From: an uncultured Pseudomonadota bacterium | Lineage (GTDB): Bacteria; Oederibacteriota; Muellerivitia; Muellerivitales; Muellerivitaceae | Length of the DNA: 64,000 bases | NCBI GenBank assembly: GCA_963843375.1 | Contig: CAWJKT010000011.1 | Span: 128,001 to 192,000 of the forward strand | Direction: 5' to 3' | Shown here: positions 10,814 to 21,203 of the stretch, one piece after another | Layout of the letters: each line of letters opens with the position of its first letter | Numbering within the stretch: position 1 is the first letter of the stretch | Notes under the pieces: generated by a model | What the model was told of the DNA's origin: nothing | Databases searched by the model: none | What the model saw: only the letters and a program-made list of their open reading frames with translations | Translations under genes and position numbers: made by a program

Positions 10814-12529
10814 TTAAAGATAACTTACCCGGCTTTTGGGAGGATCGGGTGTCTGGGTTTTGGTTTTCTTCTTCCGCCGGTTGGGTTTGGCGTTGGATTT
10901 TTGTTGGAAATGCAGCAAGAGAAAGACTCCTCCCACCAGGAGGTACATGAGCCCGAACTTGGGTGAAATGGCGTTTCCAAAACCATTCTGGACCCCCGTG
11001 TCGGAGAGCCGATAGGCGTGAATGAGCCCAATGAACGAAAAAGCGGAAGCGGAAAAAACCCACCAGGCAGCCTTGGCAAATTTCCGCTCGATGAGAAAAA
11101 CCATGATGGCGGCGAAGATCATTGAGATCAGCAGGGAACCCTGATTGAGCACAATGATCCCCCGGATGAACATGTTTTCCCCGGTAAGTTTGTCTGCCAT
11201 GGCAACGCTCAGGGGAGTGCCCGCCACCCGCAAGGTGGTTTCGATTAAATAAAAACAATAGGCGGCGAAAGCCGGTATTAATCCGAAAGCCACGGCCAAG
11301 GAATGCTCCTTAGGGATTTCCATGAAGGCTTGAGCCGTAATGATAATGGCAATCCAAAGGAGTATCCCGAAAATGCATTCCCGCGGAACGATTCTGAGGA
11401 ATAAACCGACTCCCCCAGTGAGACAGACTAGGGTAATGAGAGAACCGTTTAAGATGGAATAACCATGACGGGCACCCATGGCCTTCCAACCCGGATGTCC
11501 AATGTAGATGGTGGTAGGGAAAGGGCTTCCCAATAAACCGGCCAAGAGGGTGGCGAAGCCGTTCCATAATAAGGAAGGTTTGGTGGGGAAGCGGTCTCCT
11601 CCCGCTTCCGCACTTTCCAGGTTTTGTAGGGAGCCGATTACGTTGAAAAGGCCCATGGGGAAAATGACAGCCAAATATTTCCAGCCGGTGGAATTAAAAA
11701 GAAGGGCGAAAAGGTCGGCAGGAACCGGTTTGGGGAGATAAAGGGACCAACTGATGGGGTCGGTGGACATATTGGAGGAAGCTAATGCGGGATTAATGGC
11801 GTGGAAAATCCAATAAAGAAGTGTGCCGACCAAAACCGCCAGGAATCCTCCGGGAAGAGACAAAGGCCATTTCAGCCTGGCCGCATAAGACAGGAGTATC
11901 AAAAAAGTCGGAAGGATGCCAATCAGGGGATTGGCGAAGATCTGGAAAATGAAATCCATGGCGATGAAAGTTATAGCGATTCCAGCCAGAGCGCACAGCA
12001 AGGCCGCCCGGGGAGTGTGGTTTCTTAGCCAATCTCCCACGAAAGCGCCGCCGATTTCCATCAGGCCGTTGAGGAAACAGGCGAAAAGCCCGGCTTGCCA
12101 GGCAAGCTTGAAGTTGCCCGTATCCCTGAAAACGGGCGCCATGATAAGAACGATAAAAGCGATCAGGCTGGGGGTATTAATTCCAAACGGCAAGGCCGTT
12201 ATGTCGTTACGGCCGGTTTTGAGGGCGAGTTGACGGGCCTGCCAGGCGTAAAAGAGGTTCCCCAAAAGAATTGAAAAGGCCGCCCCCGGAAGAACTTGTC
12301 CGGTAATGAAATCCGCCGGAAAGCCGCATAAAACCTTGCAAAGATATCCGATCAACATGAGTTGGAGCAGGTTGTCGATGAAAAGGCCGAAAAAACCGTC
12401 CAAATCTCCCCGAGTGAACCAGGGAAGGGCTTCGGGCTTCATGTGTTTGACGCGAACGAGGAACCGTAGGTAAGAGGGGGTTTTAAAGGAGGACAACTGC
12501 GCTTTCAAGAACGCCAGTGCTTTATCCAT
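10814..12529 (-). CDS. NCS2-family (xanthine/uracil/vitamin C-type) permease
   Basis: RGDLDGFFGLFIDN, TALPFGINTP, ESAEAGGD and PFPTTIYIGHPGWKAMGAR motifs; alternative start at 12442. Confidence 0.85.
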   Translation of the reverse strand: MDKALAFLKAQLSSFKTPSYLRFLVRVKHMKPEALPWFTRGDLDGFFGLFIDNLLQLMLIGYLCKVLCGFPADFITGQVLPGAAFSILLGNLFYAWQARQLALKTGRNDITALPFGINTPSLIAFIVLIMAPVFRDTGNFKLAWQAGLFACFLNGLMEIGGAFVGDWLRNHTPRAALLCALAGIAITFIAMDFIFQIFANPLIGILPTFLILLSYAARLKWPLSLPGGFLAVLVGTLLYWIFHAINPALASSNMSTDPISWSLYLPKPVPADLFALLFNSTGWKYLAVIFPMGLFNVIGSLQNLESAEAGGDRFPTKPSLLWNGFATLLAGLLGSPFPTTIYIGHPGWKAMGARHGYSILNGSLITLVCLTGGVGLFLRIVPRECIFGILLWIAIIITAQAFMEIPKEHSLAVAFGLIPAFAAYCFYLIETTLRVAGTPLSVAMADKLTGENMFIRGIIVLNQGSLLISMIFAAIMVFLIERKFAKAAWWVFSASAFSFIGLIHAYRLSDTGVQNGFGNAISPKFGLMYLLVGGVFLLLHFQQKSNAKPNRRKKKTKTQTPDPPKSRVSYL

Positions 12530-12593
12530 AGGAAAAGACTAAACGCCACCCTCCGGATGGTCAAGCTTTTTCGTGGAACTTTGGGCGAAGAGG

Positions 12594-13643
12594 TTAAAGG
12601 GGAAAATAAAGGGTTACTTTTGTTCCATGGCCGGGTTCGCTTTCAAGCCTGATGTCCCCGCCGTGGGCGAGCATGATTTCCCGGCAAAGGCTTAAACCCA
12701 ATCCATAGCCGCCGGTGTCCTTGGTGCGGGACTTATCCACCCTGTAAAAGGGTTCAAAGACCTTTTCCTGATCCTCCGGGGAGATGCCCTGACCGTAATC
12801 CTGAACGGTGATCAGCACTTCCTTTTCACCGGATAAGAGGCTGACTTCCACTTGCTTTTTCCGCCCCGCCGAATATTTGAGGGCATTTTCCAATACGTTT
12901 TGCAAAACGGTTTTGACCCTGGCTTCGTCGACTTGGACAACAAGTGTAGTTGGCTTTACCCACCATGGTTACTGCCGGTTTGCGGGTTTTTAAATTTGTC
13001 CAGGGTCTCCCGGGCTAGGACGACTAGGTCCAACGGCGCCAGGGCTAATTTTCCATTGCCGTTTTTCAGACGCTCGGTTTCCAGGAGTTCGGTGATCATC
13101 GTTTCCATTTCTAAAACGTCCCGCAACATGGAATCCTTCATCTTGCCCTTAGGGGTCATTTCCAAGGCCACCTTGAGGCGGGTCAAGGGGCTTCGGAGCT
13201 CATGGCTGACATCCAGCAGAAGTTGATCCTTGGACTGCATCATTTCCCGAATCCGCTGGACCATCAAATTGAAGCTCTCCGCCAGGTAATGGATTTCGCC
13301 ATGGCGCCCCTTTGCCTCGAATTGGAAGTCCAGGTTGCCCTCGGAAACCTCCTTGACGCCCTTCAAAAGCATGCGCAAGGGGCGGAACATCCGGCGCAAC
13401 ATAAAAAAGAAAGGCACCATGACCAACAGGGTCCAGCCAAGGTAGATGGGGTAGGCGTTGAAGGGAAAAGCTGCCGTTGGAAAAAAAGGAAATCAGGGTC
13501 CAAATCACGCTGACCCAGAAGAAGAGCATGAAAATTCGCATGAAAAACCAATGACGGGGTGGACGTGTCCCTTGCCATGCCCAGGGGCCGCGACTATGTT
13601 TCCGGTAGGGGTAGGGACACCATTTTGGATTTTTATTTTCCAT
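12594..13643 (-). CDS. Sensor histidine kinase (2 TM, HAMP, HisKA, HATPase); split by apparent frameshifts at ~13463-13469 and ~12955-12986
   Basis: HAMP (GNLD...EI..LA.SFN.M), H-box VSHELRSPLTRL, N-box NVLENALKY, DYGQGI, FEPFYR, GYGLGL. Confidence 0.88.
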
Positions 13644-14343
13644 GGTTCATTCCAACCTTGCCGATAAAAAGATAGCCCTCGCCCCACACGGTTTTGAAGA
13701 ATTTGGGATGGGCCGCAGGGTCCTTGAGTTTTTTGCGCAAGCGGCTGACAGCGATATCAATGGAACGGTTGAAGGCCTCACATTCGATGCCTTTTAGGTA
13801 TTCCATAATTCTATCCCGATTCATGACTATCCCTGGATTTCTCATGAAGAGGGCCAAGATTTCGAATTCGGTGGTGGTTAGACCCAAATCCTTGCCTTTA
13901 AGGGAAGTTGTCCGTTTGTCCAAATCCACCACCAAACCATCAGACTTCATCAGCCCTCCCGGGACGGGGGAGGGTGCTAGACGCCTCAGGACGCTTTGGA
14001 TGCGGGCCACCAATTCACGGGGCTCGAAGGGTTTTGGCAAATAATCGTCGGCCCCGATCTCCAACCCTACTACCCGGTCGGTGACGTCTCCACGGGCTGT
14101 CAGCATGATGATGGGGACTTTCGAGGTTTTGCGGATTTCCTTGCAAACCAAAAAACCGTCTTTGCCCGGAAGCATGACATCCAATATGACCAGGTCGGGA
14201 CTCCTTTTTTTCAGAAGGTCCAGGCCCTCGTTTGGATGGGTGGCCGCCATCACGGTCATTTCGAATTTCACCAGATAGCTTTTCAACAGCTCATTGAGTT
14301 TCTGATCATCGTCGATGATCAGAATTTGTTTTTTGGGAATCAT
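13633..14343 (-). CDS. OmpR-family response regulator
   Basis: ILIIDDD, LDVMLPG.DG, MLTARG, GADDYLPKPF receiver; R.ID.AVSRLRKKL and TVWGEGY winged helix; ATG 14343 preferred over 14421. Confidence 0.95.
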   Translation of the reverse strand: MIPKKQILIIDDDQKLNELLKSYLVKFEMTVMAATHPNEGLDLLKKRSPDLVILDVMLPGKDGFLVCKEIRKTSKVPIIMLTARGDVTDRVVGLEIGADDYLPKPFEPRELVARIQSVLRRLAPSPVPGGLMKSDGLVVDLDKRTTSLKGKDLGLTTTEFEILALFMRNPGIVMNRDRIMEYLKGIECEAFNRSIDIAVSRLRKKLKDPAAHPKFFKTVWGEGYLFIGKVGMNHGK

Positions 14344-14394
14344 TGTTTTACCTTCTCTGGATTGTAACACGCGTGTTCCATCCCGGGCTCGAAC

Positions 14395-14420
14395 GTTACA
14401 CTTTGTTACAAAACGAAACA
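14395..14420. promoter_or_regulatory. Direct-repeat box GTTACA-N4-GTTACA-N4-GAAACA, probable binding site of the adjacent OmpR-family regulator
   Basis: Three hexamers at 10-bp pitch (14395, 14405, 14415) plus inverted TGTAAC at 14363-14368, in the divergent intergenic region. Confidence 0.65.
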
Positions 14421-14507
14421 TCGTTGAAAAGCTTTTTATTTCCCCACGCCTTATAAATCATCCATGGAAAGCTTAGGCCTTCCAATTGAAACTCAAGGAG
14501 AAATACG

Positions 14508-14825
14508 ATGGAACTTAACGAACAAGACAAGGAACGGATTATCGCGGAAGAAAAGCTTCGCATGGAAACTCGGAAAGAATTTTTCAAGGAAAATTTCGGT
14601 GGTATGCGCGGCATGGGACGCTGGGGAGGGGGCTGGAACGGTTATGGCTGCCATGGCCATCGTTGTGGCGGCGGGGTATTCAAAATTTTGATCCTGGGTC
14701 TGGTGATTTTCGGCCTCTGCCACCTTTGGCACCGGCCTTGCGGAGGTTGGGGGCCCGGTTATTACGGTAATCCCGCCTACCCAGCGGCCCCCCAAGCCCA
14801 GCCAGCGCCTCCGGCAAAAAACTAA
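14508..14825 (+). CDS. Small Gly/Cys/His-rich single-TM protein, unknown function
   Basis: RBS AAGGAG; charged N-terminal helix, GYGCHGHRCGGG, TM segment, Pro-rich tail; followed by a strong hairpin. Confidence 0.75.
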   Translation: MELNEQDKERIIAEEKLRMETRKEFFKENFGGMRGMGRWGGGWNGYGCHGHRCGGGVFKILILGLVIFGLCHLWHRPCGGWGPGYYGNPAYPAAPQAQPAPPAKN

Positions 14826-14840
14826 TCAAAACAAAAATGA

Positions 14841-14881
14841 GCCCGGACCTGGAAACGATTGCCGTTTCCGGGTCCGGGTTT
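14841..14881 (+). terminator. Hairpin, probable intrinsic terminator
   Basis: GCCCGGACCTGGAAACG-attgc-CGTTTCCGGGTCCGGGT 17-bp stem; short T tail on +, A-rich flank upstream. Confidence 0.7.
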
Positions 14882-14907
14882 CCCCCTGGTTAAATTTGAA
14901 AAGGGTA

Positions 14908-14948
14908 TTGACACTCCTGCTGATAATCAGTATTACTGACTATCAGCA
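14908..14948 (+). promoter_or_regulatory. sigma70-type promoter with overlapping 31-bp palindromic operator (probable MarR site)
   Basis: TTGACA at 14908-14913, TATTAC 17 bp later; near-perfect dyad TGCTGATAATCAGTATTACTGACTATCAGCA at 14918-14948. Confidence 0.72.
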
Positions 14949-14968
14949 AATTGAATTTGAGAGGCTCC

Positions 14969-15463
14969 ATGACCCCGATATTGAAATTGAAAAAATCCCT
15001 TCCCGAAGGCCATGAAATTCCGGAAGCCGTTCTGGATCGCATGGGATTCCTTTTGAGCCAATCCGCCCAAAAACTCAGGGAGGCCACCGAAGAAGCCCTT
15101 GAGTCCTATGGTCTTACTGGAAAACACCTGGGCATTATGGCTACTATCCGGGAAAAGGGATCATTACCCCAACAGGAAATTGGGAAGTGCATGCACGTGG
15201 ACCGAACTACCATGGTCGCTATCATTGACGATCTCGAAAAACTAGGTTTCGTGGAACGCAAGCCCCATCCCACGGATCGGCGAGCCCACATCATCTACCT
15301 GACCGCCAAGGGAAGAGAAACGCTTCCCCGGGCCATGCAACTGGGGTTGGCTGCGGAGCGAAAGTTTTTGTCGTTCCTCCCCGCGAACGACCGGAAGGAT
15401 TTGAGCCGGATTTTGAAACACTTGGTGTTGTCCCTTCATTTAGAAGCGATCAAGGAGAAATAA
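14969..15463 (+). CDS. MarR-family transcriptional regulator
   Basis: GLT...., Q.EI...M.VDRTT....IDDLE..G.VER..HP.DRR...I.LT.KG; RBS GAGAGG before ATG 14969. Confidence 0.93.
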   Translation: MTPILKLKKSLPEGHEIPEAVLDRMGFLLSQSAQKLREATEEALESYGLTGKHLGIMATIREKGSLPQQEIGKCMHVDRTTMVAIIDDLEKLGFVERKPHPTDRRAHIIYLTAKGRETLPRAMQLGLAAERKFLSFLPANDRKDLSRILKHLVLSLHLEAIKEK

Positions 15464-15467
15464 TTTC

Positions 15468-16831
15468 ATGAAACATATTCGATGGATCTCAGCGTTATTA
15501 TTCGTTTCGTTCCTCGGCTTGGCCCGGGCACAGGAAGGGGCTTCTCCTATTGTTTCAGGCAGCTTGACCCTGGAAGACGCCCAAAAGGAGGCTTTGGATC
15601 ATTCGCCTGTTTATCGAAAGGCCCAGGATGTTGAGCGGGAGGCTGGATGGAGTCAACTGGAAGCCGTCTCCGATGGATTCATACCGCATGTTTCCGCCAA
15701 GGGGCAGGATTTTTTAAGGGGTGATGCTATTAAATATGCGAGTGAGGAAGTGAATTTTGGGGGAACTCCCATCAACTTTCCCGAGAATTTTCCGGAAACC
15801 ACATTATCCTTAGACGCCAGTTTCGATCTCTTTGACGGATTCCGGAATATTCATAAATTGGATGCGGCTAATAACAGCCACGAAGCCGCCCGAATCCAAT
15901 CGGATTTTTCCCTTCTTCAACTGGAGGAAACGGTTCGCCTCAAGTTTTACGAATCCCAGGCTTCCCAGCTGCTTTCCGACATGGCGGACGAAAACGTGAA
16001 GACCTTGCAAGACCATCTGCGCATCGTCCAGGATCAGTTGGACAACGGTCAAGCCACCAAATACGACGTGCTTCAGGTGCAAGTGGAATTGTCCGAGGCC
16101 CAATCCGACAGATTACCGCGCATGACAATTTGACCTTGGCTCGGGAGAGCCTGGCCTTGGCGATGGGCCTGAAAAAAGATGACCGGCCCTTGTCGGGACA
16201 ATTGCCGGCTTTGGATGAGAATGAACTTTTAAAAATCGTCTCGGATGCAAATTTCAAGGACAGCCCGGATTTGAAAATCAAAGAACTTCAGGCCTTGGCG
16301 GCTGGGGACCAGAGCGCGGCTTCCCATAGTTTCTGGTTTCCGAAGGTTGCCCTTATCGGCGAATACCAGTGGTACGACAGCCAAAGTGTTGTCTTGTCCC
16401 CTTTTTCCCTAACCAACACAGGGAATTATCAAAACAGCTATTTCATCGGCGCTTCCGCCACTTGGGACTTATTGGATGGTGGACTTTCAGTGGCCAAGGC
16501 CAACGAGGCGGATGAAAAGGCCAAACAAGCAAAAGATGATTACGAGTCGGCTCAGCTCCAAACGCCTTACGATTTCGACCTTTGGAAAAGGCGGCTGGTT
16601 TCCAGCCTAGCCCTCTACAAAGCCAAACTGACGAATGTGGATACGGCCAAGGAAAACGCGAGATTGGCTACGTTGGGATTCAAGGCGGGCACACGCACAA
16701 CCAATGATGTTTTGACCGCGGAGTTTGACGAGTATCGTGCCTCAGCGGGGTTGGTTCAGTCCCAATTGGATGCGTTGGAGGCTCTCATTAATTTAGAATT
16801 CGTGACAGGAAAGAGGTTATCCCATGACTAA
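15468..16831 (+). CDS. TolC-family outer membrane efflux protein; apparent -1 frameshift at ~16109
   Basis: Signal peptide, LTLEDA...AL..SP, G.ATKYDVLQ, FPKV, F.AG.RT..DVL; adding one C restores AQSDQITAHDNLTLARE. Confidence 0.85.
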
Positions 16832-17706
16832 GACGACACCTCACACCCCGGGAGACCAGGGGAAGAAAAAACCGATACTGCCGGTCATCGGCATTGTGGC
16901 GGCGGTGGTTGCCGCCTACTTCATCGTGAAAAACTATCGCTACGAGGGTACCGACGACGCCTACATTCAGGCCCACACTCTCATGTTGGCGCCCCGTATT
17001 GGCGGAACGGTGGAAAAAGTCATGGTCAACGAAAATGACAAAGTGAAAGCCGGACAACTCTTGGCCCAATTAGACGACCAGGATTATTCCACCGCTTATA
17101 GCCAGTCGGTGGCCGATCAGGCTTCCGTACAGGCGGACCTGGAACAGGCCGCCCAAGATTACCAGCGTATCGCCAAACTCTATCAGGAAGAGGCGGTCCC
17201 CAAACAGCAATTAGACGCCGCCGTGGCCCGTTACCATAATCTGGCTTCGCGCCTCAAGGCGGACGAAGCCAAGGCCGACCAAGCCAAAATCAACCTAACC
17301 TACACCCTGATCACAGCCCCCGAGGACGGCACCATCGCCAAGAAATCGGTCGAACCGGGGATGGTGGTTCCCCCGGGCCAGGCTCTTTTCGGGTTTGTCT
17401 CCTCCCAGGAGACGGTGGGTGACTGCCAATTTCAAGGAAACCCAGATTGCCCGTATCAAGCCGGGGCAAAAAGTGAACGTGGACGTGGACGCAGTCTCGG
17501 GCAAGAGTTTCGAGGGAGTGGTAGACAGTATTGGTTCCGCCACAGGATCGACCTTCACGCTTCTGCCCCCGGACAATTCCACAGGCAACTTCACCAAGGT
17601 GGTTCAACGCGTGCCCGTGAAAATCAACCTGGAAAATCTCTCGGCCGAGGATATCGACCACTTGGCGGCGGGTTTGTCCGCAATCGTGAACGTAAAGATA
17701 CATTAA
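16824..17706 (+). CDS. HlyD/EmrA-family periplasmic adaptor; apparent +1 frameshift at ~17411
   Basis: TDDAYI, G.V..V.V.EN..VKAGQLL, I.AP.DG.I, WVTANFKETQI, LLPPDNSTGNFTKVVQRVPVKI. Confidence 0.9.
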
Positions 17707-17796
17707 AGGATTGCGCCTAAATCCAAGAGAGCATTTAAGTTATTTTTTCTAAAAGTCCCTTTTCTGCAGATAGATTGTTGATTTTAGGAGTCGCAA

Positions 17797-19389
17797 ATGA
17801 CTGAACAGCCGGAAAAAGGAATATCCCGGGCGGCGATGATGGTGGTCATTACCGCCGGCCTGGCGTCTCTTCTGGAAATCGTGGATACGTCCATCGTTAA
17901 CGTGGCCATTCCCACCATGATGGGCAACTTGGGAGCTACCCTGGATGAGATCGGTTGGGTGGTGACGGGATACATCATTTCCAACGCCATCATCCTGCCC
18001 ATTTCGGGTTGGCTTGGCAACCGGTTTGGCCGTCGGAAATATTACATCACTTGCATCCTGATGTTCATCGTCGCTTCGGTGGCCTGTGGCTTGGCCCCCA
18101 ACCTTTGGACCCTGGTCCTTTTCCGCGTTGTCCAAGGCGCCGCAGGTGGGGCGCTTTTGCCCACCTCCCAGGCCCTGATCCAGGAAGTCTTTCCGGGCAA
18201 ACGTTCCGGCCTTGGTAGCGCCCTTTATGGAATGGTGGTCATCATCGGCCCTACTATCGGTCCCCCTTTGGGGGGGTACCTGACCGACCATTTTGGCTGG
18301 CGCATGATCTTCAACATCAACCTGCCCTTAGGAATATTGGCCGCGTTCCTGGCGACCCTCTATGTGACGGACTATGCGGAGGATGGGGAACACGCTGCAG
18401 CCCGCCAAGCCATGAAAAGAGCCCCGGTTGACACCCTAGGCCTCACCTTTCTTATCGTGGGGGTCGGCTGTCTACAATACGTGTTGGAACGGGGTCAAAC
18501 GGACGACTGGTTTTCTTCACACCTTATCCTGGCCTTTAGCCTGACGGCGGCCTTTTGCATTCCGGCCTTCATTTGGTGGGAACTGACAACTGAACATCCC
18601 ATCATGGACCTTCGGCTTTATAAAAACCCCGCCCTCATTAACGGCACCATCATGATGGCCTGTGTGGGAGGGATGCTTTACGGCCTGATCTTTTTTATTC
18701 CTATCTTTGCCTCGACTATTCTGGGCATGGACGCGGGCCAGACAGGCAACCTTTTTACCCCCGGTGCTATCGCCTCGGGGGTGATGATGCCTATTATTGG
18801 AAGCCAATTGCGAAAAAGGGATCCGCGGCTTTTTATGGTCTTCGGTATTTGTGTTACCGATACGGCCCTGGTTCTGATCGCTCATTTCACCCCTCAGTCC
18901 ACTTATTGGAACCTATTCTGGCCCCTTCTGATCCGGGGGTTGGGCATGGCGGCGCTCTTTATTCCCATTAATGCGCTCGTCCTGGGAGGTTTCACAGGCC
19001 CGGCCTTGGGTCAGGCGGCCGGCATCATGAACCTGTCGCGGCAATTGGGCGGAAGCCTGGGAATCGCCATCCTTTCCACCATGTTTAACAAGTCCACGGA
19101 CGCCGCCTATGACCACCTTCGTCAGTACATCAGCCCCCTCAGCATGGGCTTCAGCCAATGGGCGCAGGGGGCCAAGGGTTTGGCCTTCCGGTTTTCCAAT
19201 GAGGTGGGGATTTATAACCCCGATAACCTTTTAATTAAGGAAGCCTATTTCCGAGTGAAGAAACAAGCATTCGTCATGGCTTTTGACCAGATGGGATGGG
19301 TGATGGTCATCGGGTTCGCCATCGCGGGTATTCCTATTTTTTTCCTGAAAAAACCCGAACATATGGGGAACCCAGCGGATGCGCATTAA
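17797..19389 (+). CDS. DHA2 (EmrB/QacA) family MFS efflux permease
   Basis: D.SIVNVAIP, WVVTGY, GWL..RFGRR, GP.IGP.LGG.LTD..GWR.IF.IN.P.G. Confidence 0.93.
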   Translation: MTEQPEKGISRAAMMVVITAGLASLLEIVDTSIVNVAIPTMMGNLGATLDEIGWVVTGYIISNAIILPISGWLGNRFGRRKYYITCILMFIVASVACGLAPNLWTLVLFRVVQGAAGGALLPTSQALIQEVFPGKRSGLGSALYGMVVIIGPTIGPPLGGYLTDHFGWRMIFNINLPLGILAAFLATLYVTDYAEDGEHAAARQAMKRAPVDTLGLTFLIVGVGCLQYVLERGQTDDWFSSHLILAFSLTAAFCIPAFIWWELTTEHPIMDLRLYKNPALINGTIMMACVGGMLYGLIFFIPIFASTILGMDAGQTGNLFTPGAIASGVMMPIIGSQLRKRDPRLFMVFGICVTDTALVLIAHFTPQSTYWNLFWPLLIRGLGMAALFIPINALVLGGFTGPALGQAAGIMNLSRQLGGSLGIAILSTMFNKSTDAAYDHLRQYISPLSMGFSQWAQGAKGLAFRFSNEVGIYNPDNLLIKEAYFRVKKQAFVMAFDQMGWVMVIGFAIAGIPIFFLKKPEHMGNPADAH

Positions 19390-19479
19390 TTTAATTAGGA
19401 AACTGAAAAATCCTGATTGCAGCCAATCAGCTGAGGAAAAAGTTTAAATCATTTCCAAAGTTCATTTTAGGAGAGAGAG

Positions 19480-19508
19480 GGGGCGGCTCCCTGAACCGCC
19501 CCTTTTTT
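19480..19508 (+). terminator. Intrinsic terminator between the convergent efflux operons
   Basis: GGGGCGG-N9-CCGCCCC followed by TTTTTT. Confidence 0.75.
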
Positions 19509-19557
19509 ATTTTGTCGGCCAAAAATTGAAGGAAGGCTATAACTCGTTTAAATCGTC

Positions 19558-21162
19558 TTATTCCATGGAAACGGATTCTTTGTTTCCTGCCACAGGTTTG
19601 TTGGGGAGCAAAAGTGCCGGAAACAATCCCAACGCACAGATGATCGCCCCAAAAAGAAAAGCGTCGTCAAAGGCTTGCACCGATCCCGCCAATCCCAACT
19701 GCCCCGCCAAGGCCTGAATCCCCACTATCCGTGAAACGGCGTGGTTTGTCCCTAATAGGCGTGCCTGGGTGGCGACATCCGTGACAACCTGGGCATTGGC
19801 TCCCACTAGGGAGCTGATCTCGCTGGAAATGATCATTTGATGGAAATGGGTACGGTGGTCCAGGAAGGTTCCCAGGACAGCGATGCCAATGGAACCCGCC
19901 ACTTGCTGTAGCAGGTTCATAATCGCCGACCCCATGCCCGCGCTATGCTTGGGGATAACATTCAAGGCCGCCGCCATGACGGGAGCAATAAGCAGACCGA
20001 TGCCTACCCCCCGAACCAGGGTGGGAAGAATAACGTCCCAAACCGTGGTGTTCACGTCCAGGGCCCGGTACATGTACATGAAGATGACGATCCCTACCAA
20101 CCCTGCCAAGGTTGGCCAGCGGGGCCCGTACTTGTCGCTCAACTTTCCTGAAATGGGCATGAAGAGGCCGATGACCATGGCCCCCGGGAGCATGATAAGA
20201 CCGCTCTGGATCTCGTCGAAGCCCATGAGGTTCTGCAGAAAAATGGGCAAAAGAAACATCCCGCCGAAAAGGGCCACCGACCGCATGCAGACCACCAGCA
20301 TGCCGGCAGAAAAAATGGGATACCGAAAAAGCTTTAGGTCGATGATGCCGTGGGGAACAATACTGTCCACCGTAAGAAAACCCACCAGGCCGATCGCTCC
20401 AGTCACGAAACAAGTGGAAATATAAAAAGAAGTCCAGCCCTTTTCCTCCCCCTGGGAAAGTCCCAACAAGGATCCCACCAGGAAGGCCGAGAGAAAAAAG
20501 AAGCCGGCGAAATCAAAAGGCTTCTGGTGCTCTAGTTTGGGGACGTCCTTTCGAAGCAGGGCCACCGCCAGCAGGAAACCCAGGATGCCCACGGGGAGAT
20601 TCACCAAAAAGATAGAACGCCAGCCAACGGTATGGGTGAGGAAGCCTCCAAGAGTGGGGCCAAAAGTGGGGCCTACGATCACTCCGATACCCCAATAGCC
20701 CAGGGCCTTACCCCGTTCTTCTGGCGGAAAGACGTCGGAAATCATAGCCATGCCGGTGGGTGTGATAGCCCCGCCACCCAGAGCCTGGAGAACCCTAAAG
20801 AAAACAAGTGAAGGAAGGTTCCAGGCCAAGCCGCATAAAAGGGAGCCCAGAGTGAAGATGACAAGGCTGATGAGGTAGATGTTACGGTAGCCAATACGGT
20901 CGCGAAACCAAGAAGTCAGGGGCATCAGGATCGAAAAGGAGAGCATGTAGCCGGTGATGACCCATTCGATGTCGTCCACGGTAGAGCCGAAGTCAGACAT
21001 GATATCGGGAAGGGAAATATTCACGATGCTCTGATCCAGGGCCGCCATCAAAGTCCCGATCATGACGACCCAAAGCACCTCCCACTTGTAATGTAGGTCG
21101 GCGATGGAGGCGGGTACGTGGATGCCCGAGGAAGCGATCCTTATCTCTTTTGTGTTCGCCAT
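19558..21162 (-). CDS. DHA2 (EmrB/QacA) family MFS efflux permease
   Basis: LDQSIVNISLP, WVITGY, GPTFGPTLGG.LT...GWR.IF.VN.PVG. Confidence 0.93.
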   Translation of the reverse strand: MANTKEIRIASSGIHVPASIADLHYKWEVLWVVMIGTLMAALDQSIVNISLPDIMSDFGSTVDDIEWVITGYMLSFSILMPLTSWFRDRIGYRNIYLISLVIFTLGSLLCGLAWNLPSLVFFRVLQALGGGAITPTGMAMISDVFPPEERGKALGYWGIGVIVGPTFGPTLGGFLTHTVGWRSIFLVNLPVGILGFLLAVALLRKDVPKLEHQKPFDFAGFFFLSAFLVGSLLGLSQGEEKGWTSFYISTCFVTGAIGLVGFLTVDSIVPHGIIDLKLFRYPIFSAGMLVVCMRSVALFGGMFLLPIFLQNLMGFDEIQSGLIMLPGAMVIGLFMPISGKLSDKYGPRWPTLAGLVGIVIFMYMYRALDVNTTVWDVILPTLVRGVGIGLLIAPVMAAALNVIPKHSAGMGSAIMNLLQQVAGSIGIAVLGTFLDHRTHFHQMIISSEISSLVGANAQVVTDVATQARLLGTNHAVSRIVGIQALAGQLGLAGSVQAFDDAFLFGAIICALGLFPALLLPNKPVAGNKESVSME

Positions 21163-21203
21163 ATCAAGGCTCCCAAAACAAACGATGAACTATAAATTTG
21201 ACT

